Shown one piece after another: positions 47,914 to 59,617 of a stretch of 64,000 bases of DNA. The notes under the pieces are model-generated. The model searched no databases and was not told where the DNA came from. It saw only the letters and a program-made list of their open reading frames with translations. Each line of letters starts with the position of its first letter. The first letter of the stretch is position 1. Made by a program: the position numbers and the translations under genes. Location: NCBI GenBank assembly GCA_944389745.1, contig CALXNM010000004.1, positions 795 to 64,794 on the forward strand, written 5' to 3'. The DNA is from an uncultured Clostridia bacterium (lineage in GTDB: Bacteria > Bacillota > Clostridia > TANB77 > CAG-508).

Positions 47914-50184
47914 ATGATTATAATGAATAATAAATACTTAAAAACTTTAGAATACGATAAAATCATTGATAAACTAAGTACTTATTGTAAAACATATATT
48001 GGAAAAGAAAATTTTAAAAATATTAAACCTTCTTTTTCTAAACTAGAGGTAATAGATTTATTAGAACTTACAAATGAAGCTATTAGTTTGATTTATAGAA
48101 AGTCTAATATTCCTCTTTCTGAAATTCCTAATATATCTATGTATATAAAAAGTTTAGAAAGTAATTCTATATTAACTAATAAACCGTTATTAGATATAGC
48201 TAGATTTTTAAAAATATCTAGAGAGGTAAAAGAATATTTCTTTAATGATGAGGAGTTTGACTATTCTGAATATGAATCTTTACATAGCTTTTTTAACAAC
48301 TTATATACTAATAAGTCTATAGAAGACAAGGTTTTTTCAATAGTCTTAGATGAAAATACTATTGCAGATGATGCATCAACTGTACTTAGTGCATTAAGAA
48401 AACAAAGTAAAAAATTAGAACAATCTATTAGAGATAAATTAAATTCGTTTATACATTCAAGTACTTATTCAAAATACATAATGGAACCAATTATTACTAT
48501 TCGTTCTGATAGATATGTAATTCCTATAAAGGAAGAATATAGGTCACAAGTAAAAGGATTTATACATGATATTTCTAGTAGTGGTTCTACAGTTTTTATA
48601 GAACCAATTAGTGTTTTTGAGCTTAATAACGAAATAACTAATATTAAAGTGGAAGAAGATATTGAAATAGAAAAAATATTAGCTAACCTATCTAGTATGC
48701 TATATGAATATACTGAAAAATTAAAATATAATTTACAAATACTTGGTGATTTAGATTTAATATTTGCTAAAGCAAATTACTCTATTGAATTAGATGGCAT
48801 TAAACCAATTATAAATGATGATAAATATATTGATTTAAAATCAGCAAGACATCCACTAATTGATAAAAACAAAGTTGTACCAATAGATATATCAATTGGA
48901 AAAGATTATTCTTCATTAGTTATAACTGGACCTAATACAGGTGGTAAAACTGTTAGTTTAAAAACAACTGGTATACTACTTTTAATGGCGTATACAGGAA
49001 TATTTATTCCTGCAAAAGAACACAGCAGTATTCAGGTATTTGATAATATTTTTGCAGATATTGGTGATGAACAAAGTATTCAAGAATCATTAAGTACTTT
49101 TTCATCTCATATGTCTACTATTATAGAAATAACAAAAAAGGCCACATCAAATAGCTTCGTTTTACTAGATGAACTAGGTTCTGGTACAGACCCTATAGAA
49201 GGAGCAAATCTTGCAATTAGTATTTTAAAATACTTCTTTGACTTAGGTATTACTACAATTTCAACAACTCATTATCAAGAACTTAAAAATTACTGTTTAG
49301 TTACTGAAGGATTTCAAAATGCTAGTTGTGAATTCGATTTAGAAAATTTAAAACCAACATATAAATTATTGATTGGTATACCTGGTAAAAGTAATGCTTT
49401 TGCAATTAGTAAAAAACTAGGTTTAAATGATAAAATTTTAGATTATGCAAATTCATTAATGAAACAAGATGATATTAGTATTGAAGAATTAATGAAAAGT
49501 ATATATGATGATAAAATAGAAATTGAAAAAGAAAAAGAAACAATTAAGAAAAACTCTGCTCAAGTAGAAGAATTAAGAAAAAAATTAGAAAATCAAAACA
49601 ATTTCTGGCAAGAAAAGCAAAATAAGATATTGCAAAAAGCAAGAGATGAAGCTAAAGAAATTTTATCTGATGCTAAAGAAGAAGCTACTTCAGTTATAAA
49701 TAGGCTTAATTCTTTAGGTAAAAACGATGTTTCAAAAGCAAATAATCTAAGAAACGAATTAAATGATAAATTAAAAGATGTATCAGCAAATGAAAATAAT
49801 ACATTAAATTTAGATGCTTTAAAAGCACTAAATAATAAATTCAGTTTAAAAAATAACACATTAGATAATAAAAAGAACAGCAATAAAAACTCACATTCAT
49901 CAGTAACATTTTCAAAAGGTTCTAATTTCAAATCACAAAATATATCAAGTGAAATAAATGTAATAGGAATGAATGTTGATGAAGCTGTATTTGTAATAGA
50001 TAAATATTTAGATGACTGTGCAATAGCTAAACTATCACCTGTTAGAATTGTACATGGAAAAGGAACTGGAAAATTAAGAGAAGGCATTCATAAATTTTTA
50101 AAGAAAAATCCACATGTAGCATCATTCAGACTAGGAACATTTGGCGAAGGTGAAATGGGTGTAACAGTAGTAGAACTAAAATAG
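47914..50184 (+). CDS. mutS2: Endonuclease MutS2 (MutS domain plus C-terminal Smr)
   Basis: Walker A ITGPNTGGKTV, the LLDELGSGTDP motif, and a C-terminal Smr domain (VRIVHGKGTGKLREGIHKFLKKNPHV). The start is at 47914 or 47923. The promoter TGaTATAAT is at 47881-47889. Confidence 0.9.
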   Translation: MIIMNNKYLKTLEYDKIIDKLSTYCKTYIGKENFKNIKPSFSKLEVIDLLELTNEAISLIYRKSNIPLSEIPNISMYIKSLESNSILTNKPLLDIARFLKISREVKEYFFNDEEFDYSEYESLHSFFNNLYTNKSIEDKVFSIVLDENTIADDASTVLSALRKQSKKLEQSIRDKLNSFIHSSTYSKYIMEPIITIRSDRYVIPIKEEYRSQVKGFIHDISSSGSTVFIEPISVFELNNEITNIKVEEDIEIEKILANLSSMLYEYTEKLKYNLQILGDLDLIFAKANYSIELDGIKPIINDDKYIDLKSARHPLIDKNKVVPIDISIGKDYSSLVITGPNTGGKTVSLKTTGILLLMAYTGIFIPAKEHSSIQVFDNIFADIGDEQSIQESLSTFSSHMSTIIEITKKATSNSFVLLDELGSGTDPIEGANLAISILKYFFDLGITTISTTHYQELKNYCLVTEGFQNASCEFDLENLKPTYKLLIGIPGKSNAFAISKKLGLNDKILDYANSLMKQDDISIEELMKSIYDDKIEIEKEKETIKKNSAQVEELRKKLENQNNFWQEKQNKILQKARDEAKEILSDAKEEATSVINRLNSLGKNDVSKANNLRNELNDKLKDVSANENNTLNLDALKALNNKFSLKNNTLDNKKNSNKNSHSSVTFSKGSNFKSQNISSEINVIGMNVDEAVFVIDKYLDDCAIAKLSPVRIVHGKGTGKLREGIHKFLKKNPHVASFRLGTFGEGEMGVTVVELK

Positions 50185-50290
50185 TGTCACTTTTAGGGAC
50201 AGGCTCTTTTCAGCCATCTTTGTCATGTTAGGGGACAGGCTCTCTTTTTTAATACTTATTTTTCATAAGAACCTGTCCCCCAAAGTGACA
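50184..50290. repeat. Cluster of GGGACAG repeat units 3' of mutS2 and mtnN
   Basis: GTGTCACTTTTAGGGACAGGCTCTTTT...TGTCATGTTAGGGGACAGGCTCTC on the plus strand, plus an inverted unit, ACCTGTCCCCCAAAGTGACA. Confidence 0.65.
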
Positions 50291-50291
50291 T

Positions 50292-51002
50292 TTAGTTTCT
50301 ATATTTCATATATTCCATCAATAATTCTTGCAAGATTATTGCTTGATTTTCATCTAGCTCCTCACCTGTAATTTCATTATTTGAAATAATTCTAATTCCA
50401 ATGCAAGGTATGTTAAACTTATTACATAAAGTATATACTCCTATGCTTTCCATGTCTTCGCAAAGAGTTCCATATTTATTGCTAATCCAATCAATCCTGT
50501 CTATTTCTCTGTTAAACACATCTCCACTACCAATAGTCCCAATATATACGTTATTTATACAGTTTTCTTTTAGAAATTTTCCAAAGCTATGTACCAATTC
50601 AAGATTTGCTCTTTTAATTTCTTTTGCTCTTTTATTAGGTTCCCACTCAAAAGGATTTATACCTTGTCCCCTACTTTTATTTGGCATAGAATATGAATTT
50701 ATATTAGAACATTTTTCACCAATTATAATATCTCCCGTATGTATGCTATCTCTATGTGCTCCTGCAATTCCCTGATTTATAACTATATCTGGCTTAAACT
50801 TTTCAATTCCTATAGTCGTAGCAATTGTCGCATTTATTGTTCCAATTAAAGTCCTCGAAATAATTAGATTAAATTTATTAATTTTTCCAATATAAAATTC
50901 ATAATCTGCAATAACAATTTTTTCTCTTTCTTGTAATTTTTCTATAAATTTCTGTATTTCTATTTTCATAGCACCTTGTATTAAAATAGTTTTATTTTCC
51001 AT
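50292..51002 (-). CDS. mtnN: 5'-methylthioadenosine/S-adenosylhomocysteine nucleosidase family (PNP_UDP_1 fold)
   Basis: ILIQGAMKIE N-terminus, QGIAGA, GSGDVF and EDMES motifs typical of Pfs/MtnN. Confidence 0.6.
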   Translation of the reverse strand: MENKTILIQGAMKIEIQKFIEKLQEREKIVIADYEFYIGKINKFNLIISRTLIGTINATIATTIGIEKFKPDIVINQGIAGAHRDSIHTGDIIIGEKCSNINSYSMPNKSRGQGINPFEWEPNKRAKEIKRANLELVHSFGKFLKENCINNVYIGTIGSGDVFNREIDRIDWISNKYGTLCEDMESIGVYTLCNKFNIPCIGIRIISNNEITGEELDENQAIILQELLMEYMKYRN

Positions 51003-51042
51003 TTTCTTACTCCATCTTAATTTTTATGAACAAATGTGTTAA

Positions 51043-51141
51043 CGTGCCAAATTGAGGTGTCATCAATGTCTTTAACCAGTTACAGTCTGTCCCCTAAAGC
51101 GACATGTTTGTCTTAAAAGAGCCTGTCCCTAAAAGTGACAC
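51043..51141. repeat. Cluster of GGGACAG repeat units upstream of mtnN, inverted relative to 50184-50244
   Basis: AAAAGAGCCTGTCCCTAAAAGTGACAC at 51115-51141 is the exact reverse complement of 50184-50210. GTCTGTCCCCTAAAGCGACA is at 51075-51094. Confidence 0.65.
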
Positions 51142-52440
51142 TTTCCTATTAACTCTAATTTATCCACATCGACTATTTTTACTTTTTTGATAGTATTATC
51201 TAAATCTTCTTCTGTTTCTATTTTTACAACCATATAATTTGTTGTGTGGCCTTTCATATATCTTTTTCCATTCTCTATATGAGGTTCTTCAAACAATACT
51301 TCTACTTCTTTTCCTATATAACTTCTGTTATACTCTTCTTCATTTTTATTTGAAAGTTCGATAAGTTTTCTACTTCTTTCTTCTTTTATATTACCGTCTA
51401 TTTGGTTTGGCATTACCGCTGCTCTTGTTCCTCTTCTTTGGGAATATTTGAACACATGCATTTTATAGAATTTTATTTCTTTTAAATTTTCATATGTAAT
51501 ATTAAACTCTTCATCTGTCTCTCCTGGAAATCCCACTATTACATCTGTTGTTAATGAAACATTTGGATATGCTTTTCTTAATAAATCAACTCCATTTTTA
51601 AATTCTTCTATTGTATATCTTCTATTCATTCTTTTTAATGTATCATTACAAGCACTTTGAAGAGATAAATGGAATTGGTCACATATCTTTTCCAACTTAG
51701 ATAATCTTTCAACAAACTCTTCTGTTATTAGTGTTGGCTCTAATGAACCGTAGTCTTATTCTTTTAATTCCATCTATTTTATTTATGTCTTCTAATAAAT
51801 CTATTAATCTATATCCATTATCAAAATCTCTACCATAAGAAGCTAAGTGAATACCTGTTATAACTACTTCTTTTATTCCATCTTTAGCCATTTTGGTTAT
51901 TTCACTTATTACACTTTCTCTTTTTCTACTCCTTATATGTCCTCTTGCATATGGGATTATACAATATGAACAAAATCTGTCGCATCCATCTTGTACTTTT
52001 ATAACAGCTCTTGTTTTTTCGGTAAAAGTAACATCTCCAAAATCAGAATACTCTTCTTCATGTAATACATCTGTTATAATATTATTTTTATCAGAAGATT
52101 TTTCTTCTACATATTTTACAATATCTTTCTTCTCGTTTGTTCCAAGTATTAAATCTATTTCTGGAATTTTTTCTAACTCATCTTTTGCAACTTGTGCATA
52201 ACAACCACATGCCACAAGTATAGCATTTGGGTTTAGCTCCTTTACTTTCCTAAGCATCTGTCTTGATTTTCTATCAGCCATATTAGTAACTGTACAAGTA
52301 TTTACTATGTAAATATCTGCTATATCATCAAATTCTACAATTTCATATCCACTATTTTTAAACTCTTGTATCATTGCATTTGTTTCATATTGATTTACTT
52401 TACAACCTAGTGTATAAAATGCTACTTTTTTATTTTTCAT
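51129..52440 (-). pseudogene. mtaB: tRNA (t6A37) methylthiotransferase MtaB, split by a 1-nt frameshift
   Basis: The N-terminal ORF (VAFYTLGCKVNQYETNAM; radical SAM CDRFCSYCIIPYARG) ends ...RIRLRFIRANTNNRRVC. The other frame continues GSLEPTLITEEFVERLSKLEKICDQFHLSLQSA... through the TRAM domain. An extra base sits at about 51750 (CTA-C-GGT). Confidence 0.75.
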
Positions 52441-52581
52441 TTATGCTACCTCTTTCATTCCGTTTTTTAGCAAACAATATTATACCATAGTTTTCATATA
52501 AATGCTAGAAATAACAGTTACTTTTTATTATAGTAACTGTTATTTTTATTATTTTATCTATTTAGTTGTTATTTGTATTTA

Positions 52582-54249
<1,668 letters not shown>

Positions 54250-54279
54250 TCATGAAATTATTAATATTAATTTAGAATA

Positions 54280-54567
<288 letters not shown>

Positions 54568-54658
54568 CTACCTCCTTAAAAATTTACCATTCGATATATT
54601 AATATGTAGTAAAATTATATATATGATATACATGTAGCATACTAATATATTTTTATTT

Positions 54659-54685
54659 TTAGCACTCTTTATCTTTGACTGCTAA
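54659..54685 (-). promoter_or_regulatory. CIRCE operator (HrcA binding site)
   Basis: On the minus strand: TTAGCAGTC-N9-GAGTGCTAA. It has one mismatch to the consensus TTAGCACTC-N9-GAGTGCTAA. Confidence 0.85.
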
Positions 54686-54686
54686 A

Positions 54687-54715
54687 AATATATACCCTTT
54701 TTTTATAAAAGTCAA
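54687..54715 (-). promoter_or_regulatory. groESL sigma-A promoter
   Basis: On the minus strand: TTGACT, a 17-nt spacer, then TATATT, immediately upstream of CIRCE. Confidence 0.6.
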
Positions 54716-54790
54716 TACCTTATTTTAAATTTCACACAATATTCACATTTGTCTTTTTTCACTATATACTTCAACGTCTGTAAGCATTAC

Positions 54791-54819
54791 AAAAAAAGAA
54801 ACCCTCTATTTCTAGAGGG
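54791..54819 (-). terminator. Terminator of the 253-aa foreign ORF
   Basis: On the minus strand, the CCCTCTAGAAATAGAGGG hairpin is followed by TTTCTTTTTTT. Confidence 0.65.
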
Positions 54820-54875
54820 AAAAGAATATTCTTTTTTATTATGGAGGTTATTCAACGCTCCAGGGTCGATCAGTA

Positions 54876-55637
54876 TTAGAGCTTGTCAAGCTCATCATTG
54901 AACTTCTCCAGCATAAGTTCCGTGTAGCCGTCAGAGATTTCTTCTCCGTACTTGCAGAACTGGCCGACAAAGCGTATTGCACCTGCTCCACCCACGTCAT
55001 TTCCTATGAGTTCGAACTGCGTGTAGGTTTCCCTAACTGCGTCATGGACGTTGTAAAGCTTCTCTCTAATCAGGTATTGAGCATATGCGATAAAACTTAC
55101 TCCATACCACAGAGAATCTTCATCTATTTCTCCAGCCCGTTCACCATACTTCTCCTCTGCCTCGAAACTGATAAAATCTACGTCCAAATTCTCAAGGAAC
55201 TGGTAAAACTCGCTAATCATCTGATTATTTGAATTCTCAGCAGCCCAGTACTTCTGATTTGTATCTTTGGAATAATCAACCAAGAGACACTGCAGTGTTT
55301 CTCCTATTTTATATGGAGATGAATTTTCTCCCGTTATAGTGCATTCAAAGTCTTCTTGCTTGACTTTGAATCCAATGAATTCAGTATCAGGATCACATTG
55401 ATATGCACTAAGCAGCTGCTCTCTAAAGTTAGAGTCCGGGTTAAAGCAGCCGGACAAGAACTCAACAAAAAAGTCCGATTGCACCATGTAGAATATGAGA
55501 TTATCACCCAGTCTGGCGATTGAAACTGGTGCTTGAACGATTGCAAATCCGTCTTCGAAATCTTCTACCCAAATACTGTACCCATTGTCGTTTTCGAAGA
55601 AGAAAACCTTCGACACGTTTTTTATGTTGGTATTCAT
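54876..55637 (-). CDS. Hypothetical acidic 253-aa protein with atypical (less AT-rich) composition; no family recognised
   Basis: It has its own promoter, an AAAGGA RBS and a terminator. It uses CTG, GAC, CAG, TTC and GGC codons that are rare in the neighbours. There is no signal peptide or TM segment, and it is rich in D/E/F/Y. Confidence 0.65.
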   Translation of the reverse strand: MNTNIKNVSKVFFFENDNGYSIWVEDFEDGFAIVQAPVSIARLGDNLIFYMVQSDFFVEFLSGCFNPDSNFREQLLSAYQCDPDTEFIGFKVKQEDFECTITGENSSPYKIGETLQCLLVDYSKDTNQKYWAAENSNNQMISEFYQFLENLDVDFISFEAEEKYGERAGEIDEDSLWYGVSFIAYAQYLIREKLYNVHDAVRETYTQFELIGNDVGGAGAIRFVGQFCKYGEEISDGYTELMLEKFNDELDKL

Positions 55638-55678
55638 GATGTTCCTTTCTCTAAATGACCATATACCTGTCGATACAT

Positions 55679-55707
55679 ATTATACCATGATTTTACATAA
55701 TATTCAA
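55679..55707 (-). promoter_or_regulatory. Near-consensus promoter for the 253-aa ORF
   Basis: On the minus strand: TTGAAT, a 17-nt spacer, then TGgTATAAT. The ATGGTATAATAT string is shared with the promoter at 1159-1187. Confidence 0.55.
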
Positions 55708-55796
55708 TTACTGTGCTCATGGGCTATAATCATCTATATTGACAGATTAGAAAAAAAATGGTATTTTTGTAATATAAATAGAAGGAGGAATTAAGT

Positions 55797-56090
55797 ATGG
55801 AACAAGAAACACAAAAAAACATTGAAACAAAAGGTACTGGCTTTGGTATTGCTTCTTTAGTACTAGGAATTATATCAATCATATTCTTGTATTACATCAT
55901 CATTTCTATAATATCAGCTATACTTGCAGTTATTTTCGGAATTGTTGCCATAAAAAGAGGAGACCGTACTTTTGGAAAAACTGGTCTAGCATTAGGAATA
56001 GTTTCATTAATAATTACTTTATTATTATTCTTATTTTTAAAAGTATTAGATGTATCAATTTTCATGATACCAGATTGGTATAAGTTTTAA
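55797..56090 (+). CDS. Small membrane protein, DUF4190-like
   Basis: GFGIASLVLGIISII and AIKRGDRTFGKTGLALGIVSLII, with two or three TM helices. Confidence 0.6.
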   Translation: MEQETQKNIETKGTGFGIASLVLGIISIIFLYYIIISIISAILAVIFGIVAIKRGDRTFGKTGLALGIVSLIITLLLFLFLKVLDVSIFMIPDWYKF

Positions 56091-56113
56091 GTAGACTTAC
56101 AAAAAATAAAAAA

Positions 56114-56166
56114 AGGAATTGTCTGAACTTTACTATATAGTTAGATAATTCCTTTTATATTTTTTA
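56114..56166 (+). terminator. Intrinsic terminator
   Basis: The aggaattgtct...agataattcct hairpin is followed by a T-rich tail. Confidence 0.5.
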
Positions 56167-56227
56167 TTGATTTTAAATTGTATATAATATAGAATATTAA
56201 GTATAATAAATTATTAGGAGGTAATAT

Positions 56228-56935
56228 ATGTCTATTCATTGTAATGCAAAAAAAGAAGATATAGAGAAAACAGTCCTTATGCCTGGTGACCCATTAAGAG
56301 CTAAATATATTGCAGAAAATTTTTTAGATAATCCTAGACTTGTAAATACTGTTAGAAATATTCTTGCATATACCGGAACTTATAAAGGTAAACCTGTTAC
56401 AGTATTTTCATCTGGTATGGGAATGCCAAGCATTGGTATATATTCTTATGAATTATATAAATTTTATGATGTAGAAAAAATAATTAGAATTGGTTCTTGT
56501 GGCACATATAATAAAGATATACATTTATTTGATACAATATTAGTAGATAAATCATATACAGAAGGAAATTTTGCTTATGAATGGAGCAAAAAAGAAGAAC
56601 ATGTAGCTGAAGCTTCTAAAGAACTAAATGATTTAATAGAAAACACAGCTAAAAAACTAGGTATTAAATATGTTAGAGGTAATGCTTTTTGTAATGATTG
56701 CTTTGATGGATATCTAGATGATTTAGATGACTTTATAAATAGACTTCCTAAAGATGTACTTGGATGTGAAATGGAAGCATTTGCCCTATTTTATATGGCA
56801 AAATATTTTGGAAAACAAGCTGCTTGTTTACTTACTGTAGTTGATGCATATTTTGAAGATAAATCAATCACAGCTGATGAAAGAGAACGTTCACTTAATG
56901 ATATGATTACTCTAGCACTAGAAAGTATAGATTAA
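56228..56935 (+). CDS. deoD: Purine nucleoside phosphorylase, DeoD type
   Basis: LMPGDPLRAKYIAENFL, SSGMGMPSIGIYSYEL, and the CEMEAFALF region. The 235-aa length fits. Confidence 0.85.
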   Translation: MSIHCNAKKEDIEKTVLMPGDPLRAKYIAENFLDNPRLVNTVRNILAYTGTYKGKPVTVFSSGMGMPSIGIYSYELYKFYDVEKIIRIGSCGTYNKDIHLFDTILVDKSYTEGNFAYEWSKKEEHVAEASKELNDLIENTAKKLGIKYVRGNAFCNDCFDGYLDDLDDFINRLPKDVLGCEMEAFALFYMAKYFGKQAACLLTVVDAYFEDKSITADERERSLNDMITLALESID

Positions 56936-56939
56936 CAAA

Positions 56940-56968
56940 GTGCCAAAGGGGGCTATCCCCATTGGCAC
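56940..56968. repeat. REP-like palindromic element, copy 3
   Basis: GTGCCAAAGGGGGCTATCCCCATTGGCAC lies between the convergent deoD and mgtA genes. Confidence 0.6.
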
Positions 56969-56977
56969 TTTGACATT

Positions 56978-59554
56978 TTATAGCCATTCTCCATATTTTT
57001 TGATGTATCTTCTCTTTATAAATGATGCTAAGAAACAATATAAAATTGGTACCAATAAAATAATTGAGAAATATGGAAGTGGTATTGGAACAAGTCCAAT
57101 TGCTTTTCCTATAAATGTAAATGGTACTAATATTGCAACAATACTTAATATGATAGATGTTGCATAAACTGATTTTGATGCATTACTTTGTATAAATGGT
57201 GTTTTTCCTGTTCTTATAACATGAAGTCCTACTAGGTTTGAAACAACTCCATATGAGAACCATATTGATTGGAATAATGCCGCATCTGGCATTCTTAATC
57301 CAAATCCATACCATAAAATTGCAAATACCATTAAGTCAAATATAGAACTTGCTGGTCCCATGCATAGCATAAATCTTTTTAAACTCTTCATATCCCACAC
57401 ACGCGGTTTTTCTAAATATTCTCTATCTACATTATCATATGGTATTGATAATTGTCCTATATCATATATTAAACTTTGTACTAGTAATTGAATTGGTGTT
57501 ATTGGGAAAAATGGTAATAATATACTTGCTATAAATACTGATAAAACTTCACCAAAGTTGAAACTTACAGCCATTTTTATATATTTTTGTAAATTTCCAA
57601 ATGTTTTTCTTCCTTCTATTACTCCATCTGTTAAAACATTCAAATCTTTTTCTAGTAATATTATATCCGCAGTTTCCTTCGTAATATCAACTGCTGTATC
57701 CACAGATATTCCAACCTCTGCATTATGCATTGATGGTGCATCATTTATTCCATCACCCATGTATCCAACTACATTTCCAGCGTCTTTTAAAACTCTTATA
57801 ATTCTCGCTTTTTGAATTGGAGAAAGCTTTGCAAATACATTTGTTTTCTTTAAAATTCTTCTTAATGCTGCATCTGATAATTTTTCTACTTTACTGCCTA
57901 ATACAATTTTATTTGTATTTATATTTACTTTATCGCAAATTGATTTTGTAACATATTCGTTATCACCTGTAAGAACTATTACCCTTATTCCATCTTTGTT
58001 AAGTCTTTGAATAGCTTTTTGAGCACTTTCTTTTGGTGGGTCTAGGAATCCAACAAATCCCATTAATACCATTTTACATTCATCTTTTACAGTAAATTTC
58101 TTTACATCATTAATATCATTTTTCTGACATATCGCTACAACTCTTAATCCTTCCATGTTTAATTGCTTTGTCATTTCAATTAATTCACGTTTTTTATCTC
58201 TTGTTAATTCAGATACTTCACCTTTATAATCTACTAAAGTACAAATACTTAGGATTTCTTCTACTGCACCTTTTGTAATAAGTTGTTTCTTCTTTCCATC
58301 TGATACTACAACGGATAATCTTCTTCTTGAAAAATCAAATGGTATTTCATCTACTTTTTCATAATTTTCTTCAATTCCCTTAAGTTCTGTTCTTTTTGCT
58401 CTTTTTATAACTGCTTCATCAATACTTCCTTCTAAACCAGTTTGAAAATATGCATTTAAAAAAGCATGTTTTAAAACTCTTGTATCTTCTTCTCCTTTTA
58501 CATTTAAGTATTTTTCAAGAACTATCTTATCCTCTGTAAGTGTTCCTGTCTTATCAGTACACAAAATGTTCATAGAACCAAAACTTTGTATACTATCTAA
58601 TCTTTTAACAATAGTCTTTTTCTTAGACATTCTAGTAGCACCTTTTGCTAAACTAGATGAAAGTATTACTGGCAAAAGAAGTGGTGTAATACCTATGGCT
58701 ATTGCAACTGCAAAAGTAAAGGCTGTTATTGTTCCATGTTTTGCTGCATTTGCTATAAATGTAATAGGTATTATAACTGTCATAAATCTAATTAAAAGTT
58801 TACTTACACTATCAATTCCTTTTTGGAAAGCTGTTTTTGGCTTTTCTTCTGTTATTGTATCAGCCACTTTTCCAAAATATGTTCCGTCACCTACTCTAAA
58901 CACAACGCCTTTACCTGAACCACTTACTACATTAGTTCCCATAAAACATATTGTATCTAAGTCTGTTATATCTTCTATTTTTCCTTTTTGTTCTGACTCA
59001 GCTAATTTTTTTACTGAATCACTTTCTCCTGTTAATGATGATTGATTTATAAATAAATCACTTGCTTCTATTATTCTAACATCTGCAGGTATTAAATCTC
59101 CTGCACTAAATAATACTACATCACCAATTGTAATATCTGATGATGGTATTTTTACCTCTTTTCCATTTCTTAATACATTAGACCTTGCCGAAACTAAGTT
59201 CTTTAATTTTTCAGCTGCTTTATTAGACCTATATACTTCAAAAAACTCTAAAAATGTACTTACTAAAATTAATATTAATATAACTGATATATTTGCATAA
59301 CTTGGTGGATCTGTTAATATAACATCAGTATAAAATAATACTAAAGCAATTCCTAATAAAATCAAATTAAATGTGCTAAATAAACTTTCAAAAAAATAAT
59401 TATACCATTTTTTGGGCTTTTTCTGCTTCATTAAGTTTTTTCCATATTTATTTAAATTGCTTACTGCTTCACTTGATGTTAGCCCTCTTTTTTTAAAATT
59501 ATTTTCTTTTAAAAATTCGTCTACATTGCTTGTACATTCTTTTTCATACATCAC
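56978..59554 (-). CDS. mgtA: Magnesium-translocating P-type ATPase
   Basis: CTDKTGTLT phosphorylation motif, TGES, MGDGINDAPSM, and 10-TM P-type organisation. The overall pattern is MgtA-like. Confidence 0.8.
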   Translation of the reverse strand: MMYEKECTSNVDEFLKENNFKKRGLTSSEAVSNLNKYGKNLMKQKKPKKWYNYFFESLFSTFNLILLGIALVLFYTDVILTDPPSYANISVILILILVSTFLEFFEVYRSNKAAEKLKNLVSARSNVLRNGKEVKIPSSDITIGDVVLFSAGDLIPADVRIIEASDLFINQSSLTGESDSVKKLAESEQKGKIEDITDLDTICFMGTNVVSGSGKGVVFRVGDGTYFGKVADTITEEKPKTAFQKGIDSVSKLLIRFMTVIIPITFIANAAKHGTITAFTFAVAIAIGITPLLLPVILSSSLAKGATRMSKKKTIVKRLDSIQSFGSMNILCTDKTGTLTEDKIVLEKYLNVKGEEDTRVLKHAFLNAYFQTGLEGSIDEAVIKRAKRTELKGIEENYEKVDEIPFDFSRRRLSVVVSDGKKKQLITKGAVEEILSICTLVDYKGEVSELTRDKKRELIEMTKQLNMEGLRVVAICQKNDINDVKKFTVKDECKMVLMGFVGFLDPPKESAQKAIQRLNKDGIRVIVLTGDNEYVTKSICDKVNINTNKIVLGSKVEKLSDAALRRILKKTNVFAKLSPIQKARIIRVLKDAGNVVGYMGDGINDAPSMHNAEVGISVDTAVDITKETADIILLEKDLNVLTDGVIEGRKTFGNLQKYIKMAVSFNFGEVLSVFIASILLPFFPITPIQLLVQSLIYDIGQLSIPYDNVDREYLEKPRVWDMKSLKRFMLCMGPASSIFDLMVFAILWYGFGLRMPDAALFQSIWFSYGVVSNLVGLHVIRTGKTPFIQSNASKSVYATSIILSIVAILVPFTFIGKAIGLVPIPLPYFSIILLVPILYCFLASFIKRRYIKKYGEWL

Positions 59555-59617
59555 ATTTCCCTCTTTCGTTCATTTTCTATTTCAAATTATATCATATATT
59601 TTTTATTTTGCTAGTTT

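Noticed and set aside
56940-57167. A 75-aa plus-strand ORF follows deoD.
   Set aside because: It starts inside the REP-like palindrome and runs antisense to the mgtA 3' end. It has no RBS.
59555-59617. An M-box (Mg2+) riboswitch might lie upstream of mgtA.
   Set aside because: Only about 60 nt separate the mgtA start from the stop of the upstream splB-like gene. That is far too short for an M-box, and no conserved M-box sequence is visible.
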